Below, piece by piece: positions 52,667 to 63,341 of a stretch of 64,000 nt of DNA. This DNA comes from an uncultured cyanobacterium (GTDB taxonomy: Bacteria; Cyanobacteriota; Cyanobacteriia; Cyanobacteriales; Cyanobacteriaceae), in assembly GCA_963710605.1 (NCBI GenBank), contig CAVQBA010000002.1, positions 184,785 to 248,784 on the forward strand, in the 5' to 3' direction. A model generated the notes under the pieces. The model did not search any database. It saw only the letters and a program-made list of their open reading frames with translations, and was not told where the DNA came from. The translations under genes and the position numbers were made by a program. How positions within the stretch are numbered: the first letter of the stretch is position 1; every line of letters starts with the position of its first letter.

Positions 52667-53075
52667 CGGGAAAAGTACTAAGATCGAGTTGAGAGCGATC
52701 AATCGCTATAGCTCTTCCTTTTCGATGACATTCCTCAAATATTTCTAGAGTATAGGGTTTAAGGCTCGGACTATCTTTAAGTTCATCATTAATTTGCTGA
52801 CGAAAATTACGAATTTCTCCTAGCCAGTGTCCTTTACTATATTTTGATTGAGCAGACCAATACTTTAACTTTAATAAATGCTCAAATAATTTAATTAATA
52901 AACTTTTAATTTTCTTTTTGTCTCGCCGACTCAAGTCTGCTACCTCTTCAATTAAATTTTCTAAGTCAACAGCGTCAAAATCTTTGTTTTGCAGTTGTTT
53001 AACTGTTTTTAATACCCAAAGATTATAATCGGTGTCGTATAAACTCTGATTTTCAGTTTCTAATTGAGTGACCAT
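52614..53075 (-). CDS. DUF29 family protein
   Basis: LYDTDYNLW...ENLIEEV...EHLLKLKYW...DSPSLK...QILDENWLP. Confidence 0.9.
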   Translation of the reverse strand: MVTQLETENQSLYDTDYNLWVLKTVKQLQNKDFDAVDLENLIEEVADLSRRDKKKIKSLLIKLFEHLLKLKYWSAQSKYSKGHWLGEIRNFRQQINDELKDSPSLKPYTLEIFEECHRKGRAIAIDRSQLDLSTFPEKPFATIEQILDENWLP

Positions 53076-53159
53076 ATTTTTGACTCTTTTTCTATGTTTT
53101 CTTTTACCTTTAATTGTAAGTAGGTTTTTGATTAGTTAAAGATGAGATGCAATCGCAAG

Positions 53160-53621
53160 TTACGGCAACCAATTCTCATCTAAGATTTGTTCGAGAGAAG
53201 CGATTGGTTTTTCGGGAAAAGTATTGAGAGGAAGTTGAGATTTTTTGGCAGCAATTTTACGTCCATTTTGATAACATTCTTCAAATATCAATTGTAGATA
53301 ATTGTTTAAACTAGGACTATCCTTTAAAATCATCTTAATTTGTTGGTTGAAATTAGTTATTTCACCTTCCCAATGCCCTCTATTTCTTTCGTTTTCTAAT
53401 TTCCAATAAGTTAACTTCAGTAGATGTTCGATTAACCTAACTAACAAACTGGCAAGTTTTCTTTTATCTCTTTTACTCAAGTCTAAAACCTCTTCAATTA
53501 AATTTTCAAAGTCAAGAGAATTAACATCTTTATTTTCTAATTGTTTAACTGTTTCTAACACCCAAAGATTATAGTCAGTATCGTATAAACTTTGATTTTC
53601 AGTTTCTAATTGAGTGACCAT
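53160..53621 (-). CDS. DUF29 family protein
   Basis: Same motifs, 153 aa. Confidence 0.9.
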   Translation of the reverse strand: MVTQLETENQSLYDTDYNLWVLETVKQLENKDVNSLDFENLIEEVLDLSKRDKRKLASLLVRLIEHLLKLTYWKLENERNRGHWEGEITNFNQQIKMILKDSPSLNNYLQLIFEECYQNGRKIAAKKSQLPLNTFPEKPIASLEQILDENWLP

Positions 53622-53700
53622 ATTTTTACTCTACTTCTATGTTTTGCTTTACCAATAATTATAAGTTTTTAATTAGTGAAAGATAAAAGACAATCGCAAG

Positions 53701-54163
53701 TTAAGGCAACTAATTTTCATCTAATATTTGTTCTAGGGGTGCGATCGATTTTTCGGGAAAAGTACTTAATATCGAGTTGAGAGTGTTTACTAGCCATTTT
53801 TCTGCCATCTTCATAGCATGAATCGAATTGATCTTGAAGATAATTGTTAAGGCTGGGGCTATCTGCTAATAATCTATTTATTTGTAAACGAAAGTTGAAT
53901 ATTTCTCTTTCCCAATGCCCTCTATTTCTTTCTTTCTCTGAATCCCAATAGTGAAGAATTAGTAGGTGTTCGATTAATCTCATCAACAAACTTTCAATTT
54001 TTCTCTTATCACGACGACTTAAGTCTAAAACCTCTTCAATCAAATTTTCCCAATCAAGGTTTTCTAAATCTTTATCTTCTAGTTTTTCGACTGTTTCTAA
54101 TACCCAAAGATTATAATCGGTGTCGTATAAACTTTGATTTTGAGTTTCTAATTGAGTAACCAT
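53701..54163 (-). pseudogene. DUF29 family gene with a +1 frameshift (~53768) and TAG in place of TGG near the end
   Basis: 463 nt from MVTQ to the paralogous stop. TAG at 53710-53712 replaces the Trp of ENWLP. Confidence 0.75.
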
Positions 54164-54243
54164 ATTTTTGACTTTACTTCTATGTTTTCTTTGATCTTCA
54201 ATTATAGATTTTCCCTCGGTGAAAGATAATATACGATCGTTTT

Positions 54244-54705
54244 TTAAAGTAACCAATTCTCATCTAAGATTTGTTCAAGAGATGCGATCGATTTTTCCGG
54301 GAAAGTATTAAGAGGTAATCCAGAACGTTTTGAAGCCAAATCTCGCCCATCTTGATATGATTCTGAGAATATTTCTTCTAAGTAATTTTTCAAACTTGGA
54401 CTTGCTTTTAATTCTTTTCTAATTAACTTGCGAAAATTAGCAATTTCACCTTCCCAATGTCTTTCGTTTCTTTCTTTTTCTAATTTCCAATATTTTAATT
54501 TTAAAAGATGTTCGATTAACCTCATTAATAAGCTTTCCATTTTTATTTTATCTCGACGACTCAAGTCTAAAACTTCCTCAATTAAATTCTCTAAGTCAAG
54601 ATTATCAAAATTACTTTTTTCTAATTTTTTTACGGTATCTAATACCCACAAATTATAGTCAGTATCATACAAACTTTGTGTTTGATTCTTTAATTCAGCC
54701 ACCAT
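54244..54705 (-). CDS. DUF29 family protein
   Basis: Same motifs, 153 aa. Confidence 0.9.
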   Translation of the reverse strand: MVAELKNQTQSLYDTDYNLWVLDTVKKLEKSNFDNLDLENLIEEVLDLSRRDKIKMESLLMRLIEHLLKLKYWKLEKERNERHWEGEIANFRKLIRKELKASPSLKNYLEEIFSESYQDGRDLASKRSGLPLNTFPEKSIASLEQILDENWLL

Positions 54706-54784
54706 TAATCTTTTCTCCTAATTTTTATCGAGTTTAATAAATTAAATTAATTATTTATTTATTTATTGTAGTAATTACCCATTA

Positions 54785-55590
54785 ATAGTTAAGAAAAATC
54801 AACTCTTTTAGAAATCTCGGTCAAAGAAATTTCCCATGATAAAGATTCTAATCCGAGGATTTCTTTTTCTTTTTTGTACTCTGTTAACACCCATTTACCT
54901 TCTTGATTTTTCGCAAATTGTTCGATTCCATATTCGTATTGATCTATTAATATGTATTCGTGTAGTGAATCTAGAGAACGATAATACTTAAATTTTTGAC
55001 CACGATCGTAATTTTGAGTTGAAAGCGAAAGAACTTCGATAATCAAAAGCGGATTGATAATAGTAGTGTTGGTATTACTTTGATAGATAGGCTTATCGGC
55101 AACTATCATTACATCAGGATAAGTATAGATGTTATATTCAGGTATCCAGACTTTAACATCGCTCATAAATACTTCATAGTTTTTTGTTTCTATCGTTAAA
55201 GGAAATTGGCGACAAAAATTTAAGGCTATTTTATTATGATTGATTGTTTTAACAGCCAGAGCAATTATTTCTCCATTGCGATATTCACTTTTAAATTCTG
55301 CTTTTTCTTCTAAGGCTAAATATTCTTCAGGAGAATAACTTGTTTTATTTTGCTCGGAAGTTGAAACTTGTGGGGTTAAGGTTGTCATTTTTCTTCACTT
55401 TAGTCTTGTTTGTTTGATTATAATTTTGTTCAATAATTATATTTATTACTTTAATAACTTAATTGTTCCGATTATTTTCGCTTAATAAATTTTTATCTTA
55501 ACTAACTTATTTTTACTTTATAATTTCGATCGAGTCGTTACGGTAACCAATTCTCATCTAAGATTTGTTCAATTGTCGCAAAGGGTTTTT
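54785..55590. repeat. ~806-bp direct repeat, copy 2
   Basis: Near-identical to 51861-52666. Confidence 0.92.
54789..55388 (-). CDS. Uma2-family endonuclease (duplicate)
   Basis: Differs from 51865-52464 at five amino acids. Confidence 0.9.
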   Translation of the reverse strand: MTTLTPQVSTSEQNKTSYSPEEYLALEEKAEFKSEYRNGEIIALAVKTINHNKIALNFCRQFPLTIETKNYEVFMSDVKVWIPEYNIYTYPDVMIVADKPIYQSNTNTTIINPLLIIEVLSLSTQNYDRGQKFKYYRSLDSLHEYILIDQYEYGIEQFAKNQEGKWVLTEYKKEKEILGLESLSWEISLTEISKRVDFS

Positions 55591-55999
55591 GTGGAAACAT
55601 ATTTAAAGGTAATCCTGATTTTTCAGATGCTATTTTTCGTCCATCTTGATAACATGAATGAAATATTTCTTGTAAATATGACTTTAAACTTGGACTATCT
55701 TCCAACTGATATTTAATTTGTTGACGAAAATTAGTTATTTCCCCACGCCAATGTCTTTTATTTCTTTCTCTTTCAGATTGCCAATATTGTAATTTTAATA
55801 AATGTTCAATTAATCTTTTTAAAAGGTTTTTTAGTTTTCTTTTATCCCTTTTACTCAAGTCTAATACCTCTTCAATTAAATTTTCCCAATCGAGGTTTTC
55901 TAAATCCTTATTTTCTAATTTTTTGACTGTTTCTAATACCCAAAGATTATAATCAGTATTATACAAATCTTGTTTGTTTTCAATTAATTTTACTACCAT
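55538..55999 (-). CDS. DUF29 family protein
   Basis: Same motifs, 153 aa. Confidence 0.9.
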   Translation of the reverse strand: MVVKLIENKQDLYNTDYNLWVLETVKKLENKDLENLDWENLIEEVLDLSKRDKRKLKNLLKRLIEHLLKLQYWQSERERNKRHWRGEITNFRQQIKYQLEDSPSLKSYLQEIFHSCYQDGRKIASEKSGLPLNMFPQKPFATIEQILDENWLP

Positions 56000-56208
56000 G
56001 TTTTTTCACCATTAGTTCGTGTTGAAATCAAAAATTAATTATGGTTTTCTTGTCGAAGATACTATAGCTGTTCGTTAATTTATCAATACATATTTTTAAA
56101 ATAGCTAACAGCTAACAGCTAATAATGAGACAATTAATGCACTTATACCGAACTAAAAGCTAGACAAGACACGATCGCTTTTAATTACTTCATTTTATAA
56201 ATTAATCT

Positions 56209-56853
56209 CTACGATTGATTTTCTTTTACCCACTGACGAAATTGTTTTAATGTAGCGGTTTCGCCGATTTCTAAACTTTGAGCAATCAATTGAGGTACTA
56301 ATTTTAAATCTAACCACGGAAATGTTTTACTTTTATCTAGTTTTTGGTAATTTTTGTTAGCTTTATCTAAACTAAAAACAGTTAAATTTTGACCATCATA
56401 ACGCCATATTTCGGGTACTTGAAGATTAGCGTAAATGGGTAATTTATTAAGTGAACCACTAGTTATATCTATCTCTAAGACTAAATCGGGGGGAGGATTT
56501 ATCGTTAAATCAATTGATTGCTTATTTCTTACTTTTGGCTCATTTTCTAAATAGTAACTCGAATCTGGCTCTACCGCTTGTTGTAATTGATTTGACTTAA
56601 GGGTTAACGAGCCAAATTTTTTGAGACTTAGATCTAACTCATCGGCGATCGCTCTGATAAGATCGTCAATAAAGCGATTACTATTTTCATGCTCTCCTAA
56701 CGGACTCATAATTTCTAAAGTTCCCTCTTTGTAAGCTAAGAGTTGATTTCTTTTATTACCTAATTCACTCAGCAAATTATTAAATGTCTGCCAACTAACA
56801 TTCTCTAATTTAACAATATTTTCAGCTATGGATTTATTTAAAGTTTGAGTCAT
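56209..56853 (-). CDS. Uma2-family endonuclease
   Basis: VSWQTF...GTLEIMSPLGEHE, EPDSSYY, PPPDLVLEIDITS, VPEIWRYDG. Confidence 0.9.
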   Translation of the reverse strand: MTQTLNKSIAENIVKLENVSWQTFNNLLSELGNKRNQLLAYKEGTLEIMSPLGEHENSNRFIDDLIRAIADELDLSLKKFGSLTLKSNQLQQAVEPDSSYYLENEPKVRNKQSIDLTINPPPDLVLEIDITSGSLNKLPIYANLQVPEIWRYDGQNLTVFSLDKANKNYQKLDKSKTFPWLDLKLVPQLIAQSLEIGETATLKQFRQWVKENQS

Positions 56854-56960
56854 GATTATTACCTGTATTCAAAGGAAATTACCAGCAATAAGGAGAGATT
56901 CTATTACTTACTTAGTTGTTAGTTGTCTTTCCTGATAAATTATGTTTTGTTAATTAAAGA

Positions 56961-57650
56961 TTAGATACAAACTTTACTTTCTGTGGTTAATACTTTGACT
57001 TCTTCATACCCCGCATTAGTCATCAAACCAGTCACTAAAGTCACAGCTTTATCATTTGCTTTATCTAAAATATCTTGCTCACAAGCCGTCTTTTTAATTT
57101 GCGTGAGGGTATAACGTTGAGCTTTTGTTTGTAACTCTGGGGCAACATCGGGACCTAAATTGAGGAAACCTCGATCGTAATCATACACCTGAGACTGAGC
57201 CACATCTACTTTAGTATCAAGTATTTCGGGTGCTGGTAATCTCACCATAATAGTATCACCATCAATTAAGATACTGTTAGTTGTCATTTTGCTTAAGTCT
57301 AAACCTGCTTTAACTTCTCCTCTACCCACATAAAGCATTTTAGTTTTGCCTAAAACCAGATTACCTAATTTGCGAGAAGATGAAGTTGGTACGATCGAAT
57401 CCATTACAAAAACACTTGTCGTTAATTCACTGACTGCATTAATTTGTTTAACTATCAAATGAGGATCATTCACCTCAGGTTTGGTAACCTGATAACTAAA
57501 CATATTCGTCATATTTTCGACTAAATTATTGGCAGTTTTAGCTACGGTAAATAAACCGACAACTAAAAGAATACTAATAGCAGTTTTGGAGACAACGCTG
57601 GTACTTTTCCATACCATTGGTAATATATTAGTTAGTTTTGAGGTATTCAT
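56961..57650 (-). CDS. DUF4230-like membrane-anchored protein
   Basis: N-terminal transmembrane segment, SELTT, GEVKAGLDLS, LPAPEILD, VYDYDRGFL. Confidence 0.8.
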   Translation of the reverse strand: MNTSKLTNILPMVWKSTSVVSKTAISILLVVGLFTVAKTANNLVENMTNMFSYQVTKPEVNDPHLIVKQINAVSELTTSVFVMDSIVPTSSSRKLGNLVLGKTKMLYVGRGEVKAGLDLSKMTTNSILIDGDTIMVRLPAPEILDTKVDVAQSQVYDYDRGFLNLGPDVAPELQTKAQRYTLTQIKKTACEQDILDKANDKAVTLVTGLMTNAGYEEVKVLTTESKVCI

Positions 57651-58035
57651 GTTGATAGTTGATAGTTAAGAATAATTAATAATTTTAAAAATATTAGAGA
57701 TGAGACAATTGATAATTATTAAGTCGAAAATTTATATCAATACAGAAGTACGATCGAATCTTAATTTGTTGAGTAGGAGAAAAACGATCGTTTAAGTCAG
57801 TTTCAATTTATTTTTAAATTATGTCCAAATTATAGCAACAATCAATTCTTGTATCAGGTGTATTTACACGTAAATTAATGATTAGCTGTTGAATGTCAAT
57901 TGTTATTAAGTAATTTTCGACTTAATAATTATCGATCGTGTTTCGGCTGTAAAATAAAATCGAGAGTTAAACTTGATCTTGATAAAATAACTTAATTACC
58001 GTTAGTTTCAATGGTAACTAATATATAAAATTTTT

Positions 58036-58896
58036 ATGATAACTGAAAAAATTTTTGGCAAGAAAAATCCCGTCATTGGCGTTGTCCATTTATTACCGCT
58101 ACCCACATCTGCTCGGTGGGGAGGCAATTTAAAAAATGTGATTGCTAGAGCAGAACAAGAAGCCACCGCATTAGCCGCAGGTGGTGTCGATGGTATCATC
58201 ATTGAAAACTTTTTTGATGCACCTTTTACTAAAGATAGAGTCGATCCTGCTGTGGTTAGTGCAATGACAATGGTAGTCGATCGAATTATGAATTTGGTGA
58301 TGTTACCGATCGGTTTAAATGTCCTGCGTAATGATGCTTGTAGTGGCTTAGCGATCGCTTCATGTGTGGGGGCTGATTTTGTGCGAGTAAACGTTTATAC
58401 GGGCGTGATGGCGACAGATCAGGGCTTAATTGAAGGTAATGCTCATCAAGTGCAACGTTACCGTCGTGAATTAGGTAAAGATGTGGCAATTTTTGCTGAT
58501 GTCTTGGTAAAACACGCTCGCCCGTTGGGTACACCTAATTTGACTAGCGTAGTTAAAGATACGATCGAAAGAGGTTTGGCTGATGCGGTTATTTTATCTG
58601 GTTGGGCAACGGGTTTTCCTCCTTCTGTTGAAGACTTAGAACTAGCTCGAACAGTCGCTAATAATACACCTATTTTGATTGGTAGTGGTGCTAATTGGGA
58701 AAACATTGGCGAATTAATCGGTTGTGCTGATGGGGTGATTGTAGCAAGCTCTCTCAAACGTAATGGTGAGCTATCACAAACGATCGACCCCTCTCGTGTC
58801 TCGCAATTTGTAGAAGCGACTCAAGCTAATATCAAGGAAGAAATAGTTTCTTCCAAGAAAAAAAATAAAAAATCAAGCAAAAAGATCAAAAATTAG
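58036..58896 (+). CDS. btpA: Photosystem I biogenesis protein BtpA (BtpA/SgcQ family)
   Basis: IGVVHLLPLP, ENFFDAPF, NVLRND, ADVLVKHA. Confidence 0.93.
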   Translation: MITEKIFGKKNPVIGVVHLLPLPTSARWGGNLKNVIARAEQEATALAAGGVDGIIIENFFDAPFTKDRVDPAVVSAMTMVVDRIMNLVMLPIGLNVLRNDACSGLAIASCVGADFVRVNVYTGVMATDQGLIEGNAHQVQRYRRELGKDVAIFADVLVKHARPLGTPNLTSVVKDTIERGLADAVILSGWATGFPPSVEDLELARTVANNTPILIGSGANWENIGELIGCADGVIVASSLKRNGELSQTIDPSRVSQFVEATQANIKEEIVSSKKKNKKSSKKIKN

Positions 58897-59026
58897 ACAA
58901 TTTGAAATACAATTATTTAATTTTGCTAAAATCGTGAGCATGAATATAAATATAGAGTGACGTAATAATTAATCCTCTAATATTAATTATTCATTATTAA
59001 TTATTCATTATTAATTACTAGTTATT

Positions 59027-60019
59027 ATGGTTCGTCGTCGTAATGTTCCTTGGATTTATCGTAAATCTCGTTTAATTATTGGTGCGATCGCTATTGTCGG
59101 TTTTATCCTGACTGCTTACCTTACAATTAGCAAATTAACAGGGGGAGATGTTGTTTGTAGTGCTGAGGCAGTTGCGGGTGCAGGTTGTGGTGGAGTACTA
59201 GATAGTGCTTATGCTTATCCTTTTAATCCTCAAGCAAAAGCTGGGCCACCATTAAGTTTGTTTGGTTCGTTAGCTTATTTAAGTATGGCAATTTTTGCTT
59301 TCGTACCGTTATTAGTTAATCCTGATAAAAGTAAAAAATCGAGACTAAAATTAGAAAATACAACTTGGTGGTTACTTCTTGCTGGTAGTTTTGCCATGAC
59401 AGTTTTTAGTGGCTATCTAATGTATGTCTTGGCTTTTGAATTACAAACTCTTTGTTATTATTGTATCGGTTCTGCTTTGTTATCCCTAAGTTTATTAGCT
59501 TTAACTATCTTCGGTAAAGATTGGGATGATATTGGACAAATTTTATTTACAGGAATTGCGATCGCTTTAATTGTTTTAGTTAGTTCGGTTGGTGTCTATG
59601 CAAATGTTGGCAACCCAATTACCCCAGATGTCGCCCTAAATGGTCCGATTCCACAACCAACTGGAGCGCCAAAACCACCTTTAGGGTGGGAGATTTCCAC
59701 GGTGTCTGGAACGGCTGAAAACTCTTTGGCAGAGCATCTAACCGAGGTAGGAGCAGTTAAATATGGTGCTTATTGGTGTCCTCATTGTTTTGACCAAAAA
59801 TTATTATTTGGTAAAGAAGCGTTTGACAAAGTCAATTACATAGAATGTGGTGCAGATGGCAAGGATGCTCAGCCTGAGGCTTGTAGTAGTGCAGGAATTC
59901 GCTCTTTTCCGACTTGGATAATTGATGGTAAGGTTTATGAGGGTACACAAACTTTAGATAAATTAGCTGAAATTACTAATTATCAAGGTGAAACCGATTT
60001 CCGTTACACAATGCGGTAA
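59027..60019 (+). CDS. VKOR-thioredoxin fusion (thylakoid disulfide bond formation)
   Basis: VKOR C...CxxVLxS and CYYC; thioredoxin WCPHC and FPTW. Confidence 0.93.
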   Translation: MVRRRNVPWIYRKSRLIIGAIAIVGFILTAYLTISKLTGGDVVCSAEAVAGAGCGGVLDSAYAYPFNPQAKAGPPLSLFGSLAYLSMAIFAFVPLLVNPDKSKKSRLKLENTTWWLLLAGSFAMTVFSGYLMYVLAFELQTLCYYCIGSALLSLSLLALTIFGKDWDDIGQILFTGIAIALIVLVSSVGVYANVGNPITPDVALNGPIPQPTGAPKPPLGWEISTVSGTAENSLAEHLTEVGAVKYGAYWCPHCFDQKLLFGKEAFDKVNYIECGADGKDAQPEACSSAGIRSFPTWIIDGKVYEGTQTLDKLAEITNYQGETDFRYTMR

Positions 60020-60049
60020 AAGTTAAGAGTTAAAAGTTAAGAGTTAAGA

Positions 60050-60072
60050 GTAGGGTGGGCAATGCCCACCTT
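60050..60072. repeat. REP hairpin GTAGGGTGGGCAATGCCCACC flanked by (AGTTAAG)n
   Basis: Perfect stem between convergent genes. Confidence 0.75.
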
Positions 60073-60177
60073 CGTATTTAAGGGTTAAGAGTTAAAAATT
60101 AAATGTTTGACAACCTAAAATCATGAATTTTTATTTAGGGATATTATTTGCTCGCTGATAACATTTTGAACTAATAA

Positions 60178-61626
60178 TTACTCTGCTAAAGCCCAATCCT
60201 TTGCCCAATTGAGATTTGCTTGAACTGCTTTTAAATCACTTCCTTCAGAATATAAACGTAATAAAGGTTCAGTACCACTAAAACGAATTAGTAACCAGCT
60301 ATCGTCTTCTAAACGGTATTTATAACCATCGATACTCAAACAGTTAGTCACTTTTTTCTCGGCAATTTCAGTTAAAGGTGTTTCGGCTAAACGGGTTTGT
60401 AGTTGATTTTTTTGTTCAATATTTTTTAACGGTAAGTCAATTCGATCGTATGCGGAGGTAAAATTAACTTGCTCTTGTAAATTGCTAAATAACTCGCTAA
60501 TATCTTTGCCTGACTCTACTACTGCTTCTAATACATACAAAGCGGACAATAAAGCATCTCTTTCAGGTATATGATTTGTATAGCCAACGCCACCAGATTC
60601 TTCTCCACCAATTAAAACATCGTTTTCTAACATTCTTTCAGCGATATATTTATAACCAATAGCGGTTTCAGAAAGAGGTATTTCAAATAAATCGGCTATT
60701 TTCGGGATTAAATCCGAACCAGATACGGTTTTAACAATCTCTCCTGTTAATTTTTTTCTGACTGCTAAATGTTCAATCAAAATCGGAATCAAAGTTTGGG
60801 TGCTACAAAAATTACCATCACCATCAACCGCCGCAATTCGATCGCAATCACCATCAAAGACTAATCCGACTCTTAAACTATCAGGATCGTTTTTAGCTGA
60901 TTCTTTTATTTGACGGAACAATTCAGGGATATATTTAGCTAAAGGTTCGGGGGGGTTACCACCAAATAAAGTATCCCGATTAGCGTTAATTTCGGGTATC
61001 TGATAACCTAATAAACGGGTAATACCAGTAGATGCCGCACCGTGCATTACATCAACAAATAAATGTAGTTTTTCATTAACGATCGCATCTTTAATTAAAT
61101 CAATATTAACTTGAGAACGTAACTGCTTAGTATAACTCTCCCAAGGATCAAATAGGTCTAATGTACCCTGACTATTTTCTTTGACGCTACTAGTCGGAGT
61201 AAAATCTTTTTCGGTTAAAAATTCAATCTTGCGAGTAACAGTTTCTGTCACCGAGCCACCAAAACCACCTTTCACCTTCAAACCCAAATAGGTAGCGGGA
61301 TTATGACTAGCAGTTAAAACTAAAGCCCCTAAAGCATTTTTGTCTTTTGCCGCCCAACTAAAAGCAGGTGTCGGGGCATAACTACTCGCAAGTAACACAT
61401 CAAAACCAGCTTCAATTAAAGATTCAGCGGTAATTTTAGCAAAATCTTCGGCGAGAAAACGTCGATCGTAACCGACAATAACTAAATTAGAATCAGGATT
61501 CTCATCTTGTAATACCCGTGCTGATAAAGGAGCTAGTTTAGCGACACGCTCAAAAGTAAAATCTGCCGCAATCACCCCACGCCAACCATCTGTACCAAAT
61601 TTAATTGCATTAGCTTGAAACGCCAT
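60178..61626 (-). CDS. Phosphoglucomutase/phosphomannomutase
   Basis: FGTDGWRG, TASHNP, FDGDCDR, GGEESGG, RFSGTEP. Confidence 0.95.
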   Translation of the reverse strand: MAFQANAIKFGTDGWRGVIAADFTFERVAKLAPLSARVLQDENPDSNLVIVGYDRRFLAEDFAKITAESLIEAGFDVLLASSYAPTPAFSWAAKDKNALGALVLTASHNPATYLGLKVKGGFGGSVTETVTRKIEFLTEKDFTPTSSVKENSQGTLDLFDPWESYTKQLRSQVNIDLIKDAIVNEKLHLFVDVMHGAASTGITRLLGYQIPEINANRDTLFGGNPPEPLAKYIPELFRQIKESAKNDPDSLRVGLVFDGDCDRIAAVDGDGNFCSTQTLIPILIEHLAVRKKLTGEIVKTVSGSDLIPKIADLFEIPLSETAIGYKYIAERMLENDVLIGGEESGGVGYTNHIPERDALLSALYVLEAVVESGKDISELFSNLQEQVNFTSAYDRIDLPLKNIEQKNQLQTRLAETPLTEIAEKKVTNCLSIDGYKYRLEDDSWLLIRFSGTEPLLRLYSEGSDLKAVQANLNWAKDWALAE

Positions 61627-61731
61627 AAGTCAGTATTTTTATTTTATAAGTGAATTCGTTTTGTGCTTATTTCTTTATATACATAATCTTACTAGTTAAC
61701 AGATAACGATCGAACAATGAACAGATAACAT

Positions 61732-62917
61732 TTAATAACGAATACCTGCTTTTTCCCATTTATTTAAGGCTTCGGCTAGACGATCGCATTCGGCAATCAA
61801 ACTAATTCTGACATAACCTTCACCACCTTCTCCAAAAGCATTTCCGGGAGTAACTACCACTCCTGTTTTTTGTAATAAATCCAAAGCAAAATCAGTTGAA
61901 TTAGAATTACGAGGAATCGGTACCCATAAATACATTGTCGCTTTTGAAGGTTTAATACTCCATCCTAATTTACTCAAGCCATCAATTAAAAAATCACGAC
62001 GTTTTTGATAACGTTGTTGTACTTCATGGATATAGCTATCGGGTAACTGTAAAGCCGTCTGAGCCGCTTCTTGAATCACACTAAAGATACCATAGTCAAG
62101 ATTAGTTTTCAGAGTTCTCAGCCCTTGAATAATGTCGCTATTACCCACGACAAAACCCACACGCCAACCTGCCATATTATAAGTTTTAGACAGAGTATGA
62201 AATTCTACACCGATATCTTTAGCACCGGGAATTTGTAATAAACTCGTTGGTTCATATCCTTCAAATGCTAATTCTGCATATGCCAAATCATGAACTAACA
62301 TAATATTGTAATGTTTTGCCCAAGCAACTATTTCTTCAAAAAAAGCACGAGGTGCTGTGGCTGTAGTTGGATTATTAGGATAGTTGAAGTAGAGAATTTT
62401 TGCCCTTTGAGCAATATCTTCAGGTATTTTTTGTAAATCTATTAACCAGTCGTTTTCGGCACTTAAAATCAAAGGATAGATTTCCCCACCTGCAATCGCA
62501 GGCCCGTCGATAATGAGCAGGATAAGAAGGGCTAGGAACAATCACCAAGTCACCGGGATTGATATAAGCTAGGGCTAAATGGGATAAACCTTCTTTTGAA
62601 CCTAGTAATGGTAAAACTTCACTATTAGGATTTAAATCGACTTGGTAACGTCTTTGATACCAATTAGTAATCGCTTGACGAAAATTACTCGTACCTTCAA
62701 AAGGCGGATAACCATGATATTTTGTTACATGAAGTGCTTTTTGTGCCGCTTCTATTATTGGTTGGGGGGTAGCACCATCAGGGTTACCCATTCCTAAGTC
62801 AATTAAATCTATACCTTGCTGTGTGGCGGTTGCTTTTAATTCATCTAAACGGGCGAAAACATAAGGAGGCAAGGCACTTAAACGATCGGCACGATAATTA
62901 GTCCAACTAGTTGTCAT
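61732..62917 (-). CDS. Class I/II PLP aminotransferase (aspartate/LL-DAP aminotransferase-like), +1 frameshift near 62506
   Basis: 1186 nt (3n+1). Removing one base restores YPAHYRGPAIAGG. NYPNNPT and SKTYNMAGWRVG motifs. Confidence 0.9.
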
Positions 62918-63341
62918 GAGTTTATGTGAGTGTTCGGCAGATAAAATACTGATCTTAATTTCTTTTAATGATTGCAAAAATTATCAATAAGAAGAAAACA
63001 ATAAGACCATCATGGGCAATTTAGGAATATAGCCTTATATTATGACACTAATGTGAACGACTCGACGGCAAATAATTAATCGTATTAATAAAAAATTAAT
63101 CCCTATCCTAAAATAGAGATTTGAAATAAAAAGATCACAGAATCTAATTGAAATCACTAAAAGCTCAATAAATTTTTTTGATCATAACTCCCCTCTTTTC
63201 TGAGGAGAGGGGCTGGGGGTGAGGTAAGTTTAAGAATGGAGAATGGAGAATTAAGGGAGAGGTAAATCAGTGAATAATGAACAGTGCCAAGAGTGAACAG
63301 TAGTAATTATTAATTATTAATTATTAATTATTAATTCTTAT

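Noticed and set aside
54164-54256. N-terminal extension of the third DUF29 ORF
   Set aside because: Paralogues start at MVTQ/MVAE, and this stretch matches the intergenic spacers.
51861-56853. Integron cassette array (most stops read TAAC)
   Set aside because: No convincing attC hairpins ending in GTTRRRY and no integrase. The shared TAAC is largely explained by paralogy.
373-58757. Short antisense or alternate-frame ORFs (e.g. 373, 995, 7678, 20506, 22567, 24935, 28604, 31853, 33831, 40695, 41080, 45635, 48144, 50794, 54428, 58286, 58458)
   Set aside because: They overlap well-supported genes and show no motifs.
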